A DNA stretch of 64,000 bases from an uncultured Acidobacteriota bacterium (GTDB taxonomy: Bacteria > Acidobacteriota > Blastocatellia > Pyrinomonadales > Pyrinomonadaceae): assembly GCA_937871585.1 (NCBI GenBank), contig CALMPJ010000203.1, positions 3,963-67,962 on the forward strand, given 5' to 3'. Every line of letters starts with the position of its first letter. Position 1 is the stretch's first letter. Shown one piece after another: positions 40,632 through 49,431 of this stretch. A program made the position numbers and the translations under genes. Under the pieces are notes generated by a model. It saw only the letters and a list, made by a program, of their open reading frames with translations. It did not search any database and had not been told where the DNA came from.

Positions 40632-41057
40632 ATGAATGAATTTCGACGTTGGGAAGAATTCGCATTAGGGCCCGGAAAGGCGGGACGCGATATTCATGTG
40701 ACTTTGGACCCCAATTTCAATATTACGCTTGGTGCGCGTGCGGCACGCAGATTTGGTATGAGTGATTCGGTGGTTATGATGTTTGATAAGTGGAACAAGA
40801 TCATCGGCATCGTTCCGGCGAAGCATAACGCTCCAAATGCGTTTCCACTTGTCCGTAAGCCAAGAGGCGAGCATCGTGTGATACGTGCCCGTTCGTTTTG
40901 CCGCTATTACGGGATCAAGGTCATGCGAACGACCGCGATCAAAGCCGAGATCAATGCCCAAGGCGTTCTCGAATTAGACCTCAAATTCACCAGGTTGTGC
41001 GTCCGAAACCCGGAACCGAAGCCGATGCTGGTACCCGAGCCGGCAGCTCAGGATTGA
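40632..41057 (+). CDS. Hypothetical 141-aa protein
   Basis: The track ORF starts at 40605, inside the promoter spacer. The in-frame ATG at 40632 (MNEFRRWEEF...) fits the promoter. I recognise no family. Confidence 0.45.
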   Translation: MNEFRRWEEFALGPGKAGRDIHVTLDPNFNITLGARAARRFGMSDSVVMMFDKWNKIIGIVPAKHNAPNAFPLVRKPRGEHRVIRARSFCRYYGIKVMRTTAIKAEINAQGVLELDLKFTRLCVRNPEPKPMLVPEPAAQD

Positions 41058-41183
41058 TCTCAACTGCCACGGATTTGCTTTGCCTTAATGAGATCGGTTC
41101 AGCCGGGCTTGCGGAGCTTCCGTAGATCACTCCTGAAATGGCTTGTTTGGCTTTCGTGTTATGCCCACACGGCTGGCTTTCGC

Positions 41184-41269
41184 GGCTCCGCCTTATCCGC
41201 AGTGCGGTCGCGGCTTGCCCGACCGTTGAGGTTGCCACCATAATTCACGGAGGTGGCTGTGCCGCCGAC
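41184..41269. repeat. Left REP-like inverted repeat of the RAYT unit
   Basis: It contains the internal palindrome gcggtcgcgg..cccgaccg(t). See the mobile_element entry. Confidence 0.7.
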
Positions 41270-41271
41270 TT

Positions 41272-41814
41272 ATGTTTCAGATATCGAGAGACACGCCGGC
41301 CTACTATTTGACCGCTGTAACAAACGATCGATTGCCGATCTTTCGCACCGAAGCGTTGGCGCGGCTGATGTGTGAGGCCCTTGATGAGGCACGGCGTTCG
41401 GGCAAATTTCTCATTGTCGCTTACGTCATAATGCTCGGCCATCTGCATCTCGTTACCGACAGCAAAGTCGCCTCAAAAGACATTTTCCGGTTTGCAAAAG
41501 GCATTGGCAGTCGTCGGATCATCGATCATCTAAAAAACGAATGTAAAATAGAGTCACTTGAAAAACTGCGTATTCCGCCTCGAACAGATGGATCGGAGTT
41601 TATGGTCTGGCAGAAGCAACCGAATACTCGATTGTTGTGGAGTGAACAGATGCTGTGGCAGCGAATTCAGTATACGCATCTGAATCCTGTTCGTGCCGGA
41701 CTTTGCGACCACCCGAACGACTGGATGTGGTCGAGTGCTCGGATCTGGAATGGCAGGCCGCTCGAAAATGAACCTTTGCAAGTTGATCGCGATAAGATCC
41801 AATGGCACCGCTAA
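41272..41814 (+). CDS. REP-associated tyrosine transposase (IS200/IS605-like Y1 transposase family)
   Basis: YVIMLGHLHLV is the HUH-type motif. IQYTHLNPVRAGLCDHPNDWMWSS is the hallmark C-terminal motif with the catalytic Tyr. Confidence 0.85.
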   Translation: MFQISRDTPAYYLTAVTNDRLPIFRTEALARLMCEALDEARRSGKFLIVAYVIMLGHLHLVTDSKVASKDIFRFAKGIGSRRIIDHLKNECKIESLEKLRIPPRTDGSEFMVWQKQPNTRLLWSEQMLWQRIQYTHLNPVRAGLCDHPNDWMWSSARIWNGRPLENEPLQVDRDKIQWHR

Positions 41815-41817
41815 GAA

Positions 41818-41903
41818 GTCGGCGGCAAAGCCGCCTCCGTGGGGTGGGTTGGGCACCTACGCGGTCGGGCAAGCCGCGACCGCACTGCGATTGGGGCGGA
41901 GCC
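41818..41903. repeat. Right REP-like inverted repeat of the RAYT unit
   Basis: It is the reverse complement of the left repeat, roughly 80 percent identical by eye. Confidence 0.7.
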
Positions 41904-42019
41904 AAGAAGTGAAAAATTGAATCGATGCAGTACATGTTTTCCTTGATTTCGCCGTAATTCGGAGTAATATTTACCTTTAAAACCATTTCTTTTCAGGTCA
42001 ATTAGCAAGGAGTAGCGCT

Positions 42020-45000
42020 ATGAGATTTCCACGGACAGCGGCAGGGGTATTTGCGGTAGTATTGGCGTGTGTATCGTTTGGGTATGCGATCGCGACGGTG
42101 GACAGCGGTTATTTTCCGGTCGTTTCTAAGACGATGGGAAATGACAATCAGACGCAGCAGGTAGTTCAGCCGGACGGCAAGGTTGTGATCTGGGGAACCG
42201 ACCTCGTTATCGACGGCATCGGCAAAGGGCGCGTGGCGCGTTTGAATGTTGACGGCACGGTTGATACTTCGTTTACCTTTTGTTCGTGTTTGACGACTCT
42301 GAACAATATCGGTCTGTTGGCTGACGGGAAATTCATCGCGGCTGGTGCAAGTGCTGACGGGAATTCGCGTGTCGTTAGATTGAATTCGGACGGTTCACAA
42401 GATCCAAACTTCACGACATCGCTCGGCGGCTATCAAGGTTCGAGTGCGACCTATATGGGCAACGCACCGGACGGCAAGGTTTACATCACTCATGGCGGCA
42501 GTCTCGGCCAAGGTTTTCACTCAGGCTACTTGTACCGGCTGGATACGAACGGCTCGACCGATACGACGTTTGCGGCGATCCTGTATGACAGCGGGCGGTC
42601 GATCTGGGGATATGCGAGGGACATCGAAGTATTGCCGTCGGGCAAACTTTACTTCGCGATCGCGGGTTCTTCTGGCGGCTCCACGTCAGCGTATATTCGC
42701 CGTTACAACGTTGATGGAACTCAAGACACGACTTGGGAAGCTCCGGCGATCGGCTCTTTCGGAGTGGATATTTATTCGATCTCGCTGCTTCCGGATGAAA
42801 CTCTATTGATGGGTGGCACGTTTCCGACCGTAAACGGCGTAGCGCGGCCAAACCTTGCCAAACTGGCACCGGCGGGAAATGTTGACATAAAATTTTTTCC
42901 CCCAAACACAAAGGGGGGTGTTTCGCAGCTTGCCGGACTTTCGAACGGCAAAGTTCTTTATTCCGTTAATGGCCGCCTCGCACGGCTGAACGCTGATGGT
43001 TCGCCCGATAGTGGATTTAGTCATCCTTCGGAATTTACAACGACATGGAGCAAGTTCTCGCTTGGGCCGATGGAAAGGATAGTCGTTCGCGGAGTCGACT
43101 TGGTTCCGTCACACAAGCTTTTCAGGCTTGAATCTAACGGCAGTGTCGATAATTCGTTCAACGCAAACATAACTACATTCGGCCAAGTCTCTGTGGTAGC
43201 CAGCCAATCGAATGCAAAGGCTGTGATCGCCGGTACGTTCAACCGTATAGGTTTGGTGTCGCGAGCCGGAATTGCCCGTTTGAATGCGGACGGAACGCTC
43301 GACACTTCGTTCGATCCGGGAACCGGATTCAGCAGTTTGCCAAAAGCGGTCGTTGTTCAGGCCAATGGAAAGATTCTTGTCGGCGGTTCGTTCACATCTT
43401 ACAACGGTTCACCGGTGAGCGGCTTGGTCAGATTGAACAGCGACGGAACGCTCGACACCGCATTTACTCCGTCAATTACGGGCGTGTTGGGAATCACGAT
43501 CCAATCGGACGATAAGATATTTGCATATGGTTCTTTCACGACCGTTAACGGTGCGACTCGCGAACGTCTCGTTCGTCTCAACGCCGACGGAACAAACGAC
43601 ACAACGTTTACCGCTGTGATCTCTAACGGCAGCGTCTATTCGATCTCGATCGAACCAAACGGCAAGATCGTTGTCGGTGGCTCATTTACAGGCGTTGAGG
43701 GTTTCAGTCGCTCAAATCTGGTGCGGCTAAACATAAATGGTGGGATCGACCATTCGATGACTGCCGTCTCGATACCGACGATCCATTCGGTCAAGGTGCT
43801 TCCGACGGGCAAAATACTTTGTCTGACTGGTGCGGGCGGCGGCAGCGGCAGCATTATTCGACGAAATTTCGATGGCACGTCGGATTCGACATTTGTTAGT
43901 CCAGCGTTGCTGATGAGCAATGTTGATCCGCGTATCAATTCGATGGCATTGCAGGCCGATGGCACTATTATTGTCGGCGGCGCATTCTATTCCATTGGCG
44001 GAGCCGCTCGCGGCAATCTCGCGCGGCTAACACCAAACGGAGTTGTTGACGGTCTGTTTTTGACGAATGGTGCCAGCCATACGGTCAATTCGCTTGAGAA
44101 TCAACCCGACGGCAAGGTCATCGTCGCCGGGCAGTTTAGCCGAGTGGAAACATCGGTTCGAGCCGGTGTCGCGAGGATAGTTCCGGGAGCATTCGTTCGT
44201 GTCACGCCGTTCGATTTTGACGGTGACGGTCGTGCCGATGTTTCGGTGTTCCGAGCCTCAGAAGGGCGTTGGTACATTCTGCAAAGCGGCGATCTGACGA
44301 TGCGACAGGTGAATTTTGCGATCGCGGGCGACGTTCCGACGCCGGCCGATTTTGATGGTGATGGTAAGACGGACGTTGCGATCTATAGGCCTTCGAACGG
44401 CGATTGGTGGTCGCTAAGCAGCTCCACCGGACAGCAGATCAACGGCAGCTTTGGCCAGACAAACGGAACGCCGCTGCCGTCGGACTACAACGGTGATGGG
44501 CGAGCAGACTACATTATCTATCGACCGGCTACGGGCTATTGGTCGCGAATCTCGAGTGCGACCGGCGAGGGATTTGATCGTTCGTTTGGTGCTCCGGGCG
44601 ATAAGCCGGTGATCGGCGATTTCAATGGTGATGGAATGTCTGATGTGGCGATCTATCGACCGTCTGACGGCAACTGGTGGTGGTGGAGCAGTTCGGACAA
44701 CATACAACGTGCGACTCGTTGGGGAATCGCCGAGGATATTGCCGACGCTGCCGATTACACAGGCGACGGCCGCAGCGATTTCGCCGTGTTCCGGCCATCG
44801 ACCGGCGTTTGGTACATATACGATGCGGCGAATAATTCGTCGATCATCTATCCGTTCGGCACGGCAGGTGACCGGCCTGTAAGCGGCGACTACGACGGCG
44901 ACGGTCGTGCGGACACAAGCGTATTCAGACCAACAACAGGCGTCTGGTATGTCCTACGAACGACCGCCGGTTACACAGGCTATCAGTGGGGAATCGCGAC

Positions 45001-45037
45001 CGATTCGGCGATCCCGAACGTTTACGTGCCGCAATAG
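42020..45037 (+). CDS. Large secreted protein: ~13 delta-60-type repeats plus a C-terminal FG-GAP/VCBS propeller
   Basis: 1005 aa. The motif RLN(A/S)DG(T/S)xD(T/S)(S/T)F recurs every ~55-60 aa. The C-terminal repeats read DFDGDGRADVSVFR....W. AAGGAG SD. Confidence 0.8.
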   Translation: MRFPRTAAGVFAVVLACVSFGYAIATVDSGYFPVVSKTMGNDNQTQQVVQPDGKVVIWGTDLVIDGIGKGRVARLNVDGTVDTSFTFCSCLTTLNNIGLLADGKFIAAGASADGNSRVVRLNSDGSQDPNFTTSLGGYQGSSATYMGNAPDGKVYITHGGSLGQGFHSGYLYRLDTNGSTDTTFAAILYDSGRSIWGYARDIEVLPSGKLYFAIAGSSGGSTSAYIRRYNVDGTQDTTWEAPAIGSFGVDIYSISLLPDETLLMGGTFPTVNGVARPNLAKLAPAGNVDIKFFPPNTKGGVSQLAGLSNGKVLYSVNGRLARLNADGSPDSGFSHPSEFTTTWSKFSLGPMERIVVRGVDLVPSHKLFRLESNGSVDNSFNANITTFGQVSVVASQSNAKAVIAGTFNRIGLVSRAGIARLNADGTLDTSFDPGTGFSSLPKAVVVQANGKILVGGSFTSYNGSPVSGLVRLNSDGTLDTAFTPSITGVLGITIQSDDKIFAYGSFTTVNGATRERLVRLNADGTNDTTFTAVISNGSVYSISIEPNGKIVVGGSFTGVEGFSRSNLVRLNINGGIDHSMTAVSIPTIHSVKVLPTGKILCLTGAGGGSGSIIRRNFDGTSDSTFVSPALLMSNVDPRINSMALQADGTIIVGGAFYSIGGAARGNLARLTPNGVVDGLFLTNGASHTVNSLENQPDGKVIVAGQFSRVETSVRAGVARIVPGAFVRVTPFDFDGDGRADVSVFRASEGRWYILQSGDLTMRQVNFAIAGDVPTPADFDGDGKTDVAIYRPSNGDWWSLSSSTGQQINGSFGQTNGTPLPSDYNGDGRADYIIYRPATGYWSRISSATGEGFDRSFGAPGDKPVIGDFNGDGMSDVAIYRPSDGNWWWWSSSDNIQRATRWGIAEDIADAADYTGDGRSDFAVFRPSTGVWYIYDAANNSSIIYPFGTAGDRPVSGDYDGDGRADTSVFRPTTGVWYVLRTTAGYTGYQWGIATDSAIPNVYVPQ

Positions 45038-45044
45038 CACCTAA

Positions 45045-45102
45045 TGCAGAAGCCCGCACGGAGTAAGGGTCTTGACACCATTACTTCGTGCGGGCTTCTG
45101 CA
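45045..45102 (+). terminator. 15-bp stem hairpin after the delta-60 gene, with no clear U-tract
   Basis: tgcagaagcccgcac ... gtgcgggcttctgca with a 28-nt loop. Confidence 0.4.
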
Positions 45103-45243
45103 AATATGGCGGCCCCAGACTTAACCGCAACACATAATTGGTTTCGCTACCGTTGCTCGATTCCTCGCCTAGCGGAGTTCACGATCAACTATTGTGCGGA
45201 GCCTGGGACCAAATAAAAGGATAAAGGAAATCGGAACCTCACG

Positions 45244-45675
45244 CTAGCGTCCCGGACGGTTTTCCTGCTCGTACTCTTCGCAGTAGCAATTATCGTCGGT
45301 GCCGATGTTGCAATTCGGCGGGCTAGTGCGAATGCAGTTCTTGCCATATTTGACGAGAAGAACGACCAGAACCGTAATCCCGACAACAAATGCCGCCATC
45401 AAGATCTTGTCGGATTTGCTCCAGCCTTTTTTGGTTTGGCGGCGCTCGATACGCTCGTAGGCGACAGGATCGAAGGTCTCGCTCTTGCGCCTGAGTTCCT
45501 TTGACTGCTCATCGATCGCCTTTTTAATATCAGGAGCCGCTTTGGTGCTGTGGCGAAGCACATCGTCATTCGGCACGACATTGGCACTTGGCTGAGCAAG
45601 TGCCGGCATCGAGAACGTGGTCAAAAGAATCGAATAAATGAGGAAAAGTGTGGTGTTGAGCCGAAACATTTTCAT
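45244..45675 (-). CDS. Small secreted or membrane protein with a Cys-rich C-terminus
   Basis: The signal peptide is MKMFRLNTTLFLIYSILLTTFSMPALAQ, followed by a TM helix and then CIRTSPPNCNIGTDDNCYCEEYE. The track ORF extends into the tRNA, so it is trimmed to the ATG at 45675. Confidence 0.45.
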   Translation of the reverse strand: MKMFRLNTTLFLIYSILLTTFSMPALAQPSANVVPNDDVLRHSTKAAPDIKKAIDEQSKELRRKSETFDPVAYERIERRQTKKGWSKSDKILMAAFVVGITVLVVLLVKYGKNCIRTSPPNCNIGTDDNCYCEEYEQENRPGR

Positions 45676-45703
45676 ACTGCTATGTTCCTGAAAATAAAGG
45701 TGA

Positions 45704-45793
45704 TGGCGGAAAGGGTGGGATTCGAACCCACGGAACCCGTTAAGGCTCACAGCATTTCCAATGCTGCCAATTCAACCACTCTTGCACCTTTCC
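45704..45793 (-). tRNA. tRNA-Ser (anticodon GGA), type II with a long variable arm, CCA encoded
   Basis: Hand-folded cloverleaf: acceptor ggaaagg/cctttcc, D stem caa/ttg, anticodon stem cagca/tgctg with loop ttGGAaa, T arm gtggg-ttcgaat-cccac. Confidence 0.9.
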
Positions 45794-45813
45794 GCTAAGC
45801 TGAACTGTAATTG

Positions 45814-46611
45814 TTAGTCGCCGTCTTTGTCTTCGCCGTTTACGACTTCGACCGCACCGTCGACCGAATCTTTGATTGTATCAGCCGCAGCGGCAACTGG
45901 CGAATCTTCGTCGCCAACAAGCCAGCCATAAACGAATCCGGCGAGCAATGCACCGGCGATCGGAGCCAGCCAGAAAAGCCAAACTTGACCAATAGCCCAA
46001 TTCGTTCCATTGATCGCAAGCAAAACCGCAGGACCGGTCGAACGAGCGGGATTTACCGAAGTGTTAGTAACAGGGATCGAGATCAAGTGGATCAACGTCA
46101 GACAGAAACCGATCGCGATCGGAGCGAAACCTTTAGGAGCTTTCTTGTGTGTCGCACCCAAGATGACGATCAGGAAGAAGAACGTAAGCACTACCTCGGT
46201 CACAAACGCCGCCACGATCTCGTATTTGCCCGGCGAATAGTCTGCGAATCCATTCGATGCCAGTCCGCCCGCGAGCGAGAATCCGGGCTTGCCGCTTGCG
46301 ATCAAATAAATAATGCCTGCAGCTGCTATAGCTCCTAAAACCTGAGCGATCACATAAGGCAGAATATCGCGAGCCTCGAAACGCTTGCCTGCCCACAGAC
46401 CGATCGTGACTGCAGGATTGAAATGTCCGCCCGAAATATGGCCGAGAGCGTATGCTCCGGTCAGAACAGTCAAACCGAATGCAAGCGAAACGCCCGCGTA
46501 GCCGATGCCGACGGTCGGGACACCTGCGGCAAGCACTGCGGCGCCGCAGCCTCCGAGTACGAGCCAGAATGTTCCCAGAAATTCAGCAGTAAGACGATTC
46601 GTCAGTGGCAT
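45814..46611 (-). CDS. aqpZ: Aquaporin Z with an acidic C-terminal extension
   Basis: [17 protein letters not shown], with two NPA boxes ([16 protein letters not shown]). The start is set at the ATG at 46611 (MPLTNRL...). Confidence 0.9.
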   Translation of the reverse strand: MPLTNRLTAEFLGTFWLVLGGCGAAVLAAGVPTVGIGYAGVSLAFGLTVLTGAYALGHISGGHFNPAVTIGLWAGKRFEARDILPYVIAQVLGAIAAAGIIYLIASGKPGFSLAGGLASNGFADYSPGKYEIVAAFVTEVVLTFFFLIVILGATHKKAPKGFAPIAIGFCLTLIHLISIPVTNTSVNPARSTGPAVLLAINGTNWAIGQVWLFWLAPIAGALLAGFVYGWLVGDEDSPVAAAADTIKDSVDGAVEVVNGEDKDGD

Positions 46612-46697
46612 TTGCGACCTCCGTATTGGCAAACGATACCTTTGCCCAATGTTGACGAAAAGCACCGTAAGTCTCTGATTGTTGATTTAAGAAGCGA

Positions 46698-46787
<90 letters not shown>

Positions 46788-46840
46788 GCGAATGTAAGAT
46801 TCTACCGATTTGTATAGCGAATGTGCAAGTAGCGAGCGAA

Positions 46841-47344
46841 CTAAGGCTTGCGGCGGGCACGAAAGAAGTCCTGCAGCAGCGAGCGGCATTCGTCGGCGAG
46901 AACGCCGCCGGTGACCTCGATCTTGTGATTTAGTACATCGCTCGTGCATATTCCAAAATGCGTGACGGCGGCTCCGAAGCGTTCGTCCGCCGTTCCGTAA
47001 ACGATGCGCGCGACACGGGCGTTGATCAATGCACCGGCACACATCGCACACGGTTCGAGCGTCGAATAGACCGTCGAGCCCGTGAGCCGATAATTGTTTA
47101 CGCGAATAGCAGCCGTCCGCAACGCAAGTATCTCAGCGTGAGCCGTCGGGTCGATATTCTTGATCGTACGGTTGGGTTCGGCGGCGAGAATATTGCCGGC
47201 CGGGCCGACAACTATGGCGCCGACGGGAACTTCACCGTTCTTCTCGGCTTCCCGGGCCATGCCGATCGCGCGCCACATCCATTTTTCGTCTTGCTCGAGC
47301 ACAGTTAATGTTAGCTGAAACGACGAGTTAGTTGCTACTTCCAA
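46841..47344 (-). CDS. tadA: tRNA adenosine(34) deaminase TadA
   Basis: EVPVGAIVV, PTAHAEILALR and TLEPCAMCAGAL give the CDA zinc motifs. The TTG start is uncertain. Confidence 0.9.
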   Translation of the reverse strand: MEVATNSSFQLTLTVLEQDEKWMWRAIGMAREAEKNGEVPVGAIVVGPAGNILAAEPNRTIKNIDPTAHAEILALRTAAIRVNNYRLTGSTVYSTLEPCAMCAGALINARVARIVYGTADERFGAAVTHFGICTSDVLNHKIEVTGGVLADECRSLLQDFFRARRKP

Positions 47345-47432
47345 TTTCTTGCAACTGACGCGCTAACGTGTTAAACATAATGATGACTTGGCTTTTGCCC
47401 CCTTCGAAAGCATAACCTGAGCGACAGCGAAT

Positions 47433-48368
47433 ATGAACGACGAGGCTCGCAGCTCGACGCAACTTGGCGAAGAGGACATTCACATCACGAGTGTCCCGGC
47501 GCCGTTTCGCGCCTTTGCTGATGAAGTTGAAAAACGAGCTAAAAAGCCGAAGCCGACTCCGCAATCTATCGCGACGAAACTCGCACCCGCTGAATTTAAC
47601 ACGGCGATGGTTCATTTCTATCGCGGCGAGATCCAACGGTCGAACATTTGGCGCAGTCGCTTGGATGCTACTACAAATTGGGCCGTGATCACTGCGGGTG
47701 CGACGTTGTCATTCGTATTCAGTTCGCCCGACAATCCTCATTTTGCGATACCGATCAATACGATACTCGTGTCGATCTTCCTGTTCATGGAGGCACGACG
47801 GTATCGGTACTACGAGGTTTGGGCAAATCGTGTGCGAGTGCTCGAAACAGGCTATTTCGCACCGATGCTCTCGCAGCGTACGGTCGCTCCGGACAAGGAA
47901 TGGGCCGAGCACATCTCAGCAGATCTCATCTCGCCGCATTTCACGATCAGCGAATGGGAAGCCGTAGGTCGGCGTTTGCGGTCGAATTATCTTTGGATCT
48001 TCATTTTGCTCGGGCTCGCTTGGACGTTAAAGATATACATTCATCCTTCGCCAATTCCGACTGCGACCGAAGCCGATCGCAAGCTGTTTTGGGACATCTT
48101 TTTCCAACGAGCGACTGTTGGTTTGGCTCCCGGATGGCTTGTCGTGCTGGTCGGTGCCTTGTTCAACGCGGTGACGTTATTTGTTGCATTCAGTACGCTT
48201 AAGCTGCGTGATGCATCAAGCGAAGTGTTGCCGCTTGAAAGTTTCGAGTGGCATCCGCTCAAGCAAATGTCCGATTGGGCTGAGAGCAATCTGAAACGTC
48301 GTAATACAGTTCGCCGTTCTAAAAAGGCTCGCCAGCGAGTTCGCTCAATTCATCGTTCTGAGACGTAA
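47433..48368 (+). CDS. DUF2270-like integral membrane protein
   Basis: FYRGEIQRSNIWRSRLDATTNWAVITAGATLSF...FLFMEARRYRYYEVWANRVRVLE. This is a family recollection and has not been searched. Confidence 0.55.
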   Translation: MNDEARSSTQLGEEDIHITSVPAPFRAFADEVEKRAKKPKPTPQSIATKLAPAEFNTAMVHFYRGEIQRSNIWRSRLDATTNWAVITAGATLSFVFSSPDNPHFAIPINTILVSIFLFMEARRYRYYEVWANRVRVLETGYFAPMLSQRTVAPDKEWAEHISADLISPHFTISEWEAVGRRLRSNYLWIFILLGLAWTLKIYIHPSPIPTATEADRKLFWDIFFQRATVGLAPGWLVVLVGALFNAVTLFVAFSTLKLRDASSEVLPLESFEWHPLKQMSDWAESNLKRRNTVRRSKKARQRVRSIHRSET

Positions 48369-48388
48369 GTTCGGGAGAAATCATATTT

Positions 48389-48661
48389 ATGCCAAATGAT
48401 CTTAAAGAGCGTGGCGACGCGCTTGAGAACGAATATTTCCGCCGCCAAGAGTCCGAACTGCTAGCAAAAATGAAGGCAAAGCTCGACGCCGAGGCTCACG
48501 TTGACCTCGAATTCGACGGCAAGCTTGTCGAAACCGATTTTGAAAGGATCAAGATCGACGTCTGCAACAAGTGCTCAGGCGTCTGGTTCGACGCCGGCGA
48601 ATTTGTGCACGTTGCTCAAGAAGAGCAGGAAACCGGCTGGTTTGGAAAGCTTTTTGGATAG
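48389..48661 (+). CDS. Small protein with a zinc-ribbon-like C-terminal motif
   Basis: 90 aa. The motif CNKCSGVWFDAGEF resembles the TFIIB-type zinc-finger family. Confidence 0.4.
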   Translation: MPNDLKERGDALENEYFRRQESELLAKMKAKLDAEAHVDLEFDGKLVETDFERIKIDVCNKCSGVWFDAGEFVHVAQEEQETGWFGKLFG

Positions 48662-48666
48662 GGATA

Positions 48667-49431
48667 ATGCTTAATTTTGCGATTGAAACTGCCCTCGATG
48701 CCGGCAGGCTATTACTCGAAAAGTTCGATCGAGGCATCGCTGTCTCAAAGAAAGGCGACATCAATCTTGTCACCGAGGCCGACCTTGCGAGCGAAGCTCT
48801 CATAATCGATCGAATAAAGTCTCACTTTCCAAAACACGCAATTCTCGCTGAAGAATCCGGCGAGGCAGTCGTTACGGGCGGAGATACTTCGTGGAAATGG
48901 ATCATCGATCCGCTCGACGGCACGACGAACTACGCTCACGGCTATCCGTGCTGGTGCGTGACGATCGCTCTGGAACAGAACGACGAGATCGTGCTTGGCG
49001 TCACTTACGATCCGACGAGAAATGAGTTGTTCGCTGCTGAAAGAGGCCGAGGTTCGACGCTAAACGGAAAAACTATACGTGTCTCGGACCGCGATAAGCT
49101 CGGCGATTCGCTCATCGTCACGGGATTTCCATACGACATCAAACACCGAGCTAACTTTGCAAGACATTTGACCGAGATGCTGCTCAATTCACGAGGCGTC
49201 CGCCGCGATGGCAGTGCCGCAATAGACCTCGCGTATGTTGCTTGCGGCAGATTTGACGGCTTTTGGGAAGAAGGCCTAAATCCTTGGGACGTAGCCGCCG
49301 GAGTTCTCCTCATCGAAGAAGCGGGCGGCCAAGTCTCTTACTACAACGGCTCAAAGTTCAGCCTCTACAACCCGCCGATCTGCGCTTCGAATGGACTGAT
49401 CCATTCGCAGATGCTTAGCATATTGTCCTAA
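48667..49431 (+). CDS. suhB: Inositol monophosphatase family protein (SuhB-like)
   Basis: Motifs AEESG, WIIDPLDGTTNYAHG and GSAAIDLAYVACGRFDGFWE. The start is set at the ATG at 48667. Confidence 0.85.
   Translation: MLNFAIETALDAGRLLLEKFDRGIAVSKKGDINLVTEADLASEALIIDRIKSHFPKHAILAEESGEAVVTGGDTSWKWIIDPLDGTTNYAHGYPCWCVTIALEQNDEIVLGVTYDPTRNELFAAERGRGSTLNGKTIRVSDRDKLGDSLIVTGFPYDIKHRANFARHLTEMLLNSRGVRRDGSAAIDLAYVACGRFDGFWEEGLNPWDVAAGVLLIEEAGGQVSYYNGSKFSLYNPPICASNGLIHSQMLSILS

Larger units (their letters stand above)
41184..41903 (+). mobile_element. REP-associated tyrosine transposase (RAYT) unit: a Y1 transposase gene bracketed by ~85-bp imperfect inverted repeats
   Basis: The left flank (41184-41269) and the reverse complement of the right flank (41818-41903) align over two blocks: ggctccgcc..gcagtgcggtcgcggcttgcccgaccg, and cacggagg(t/c)ggct(g/t)tgccgccgac. 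Confidence 0.7.
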
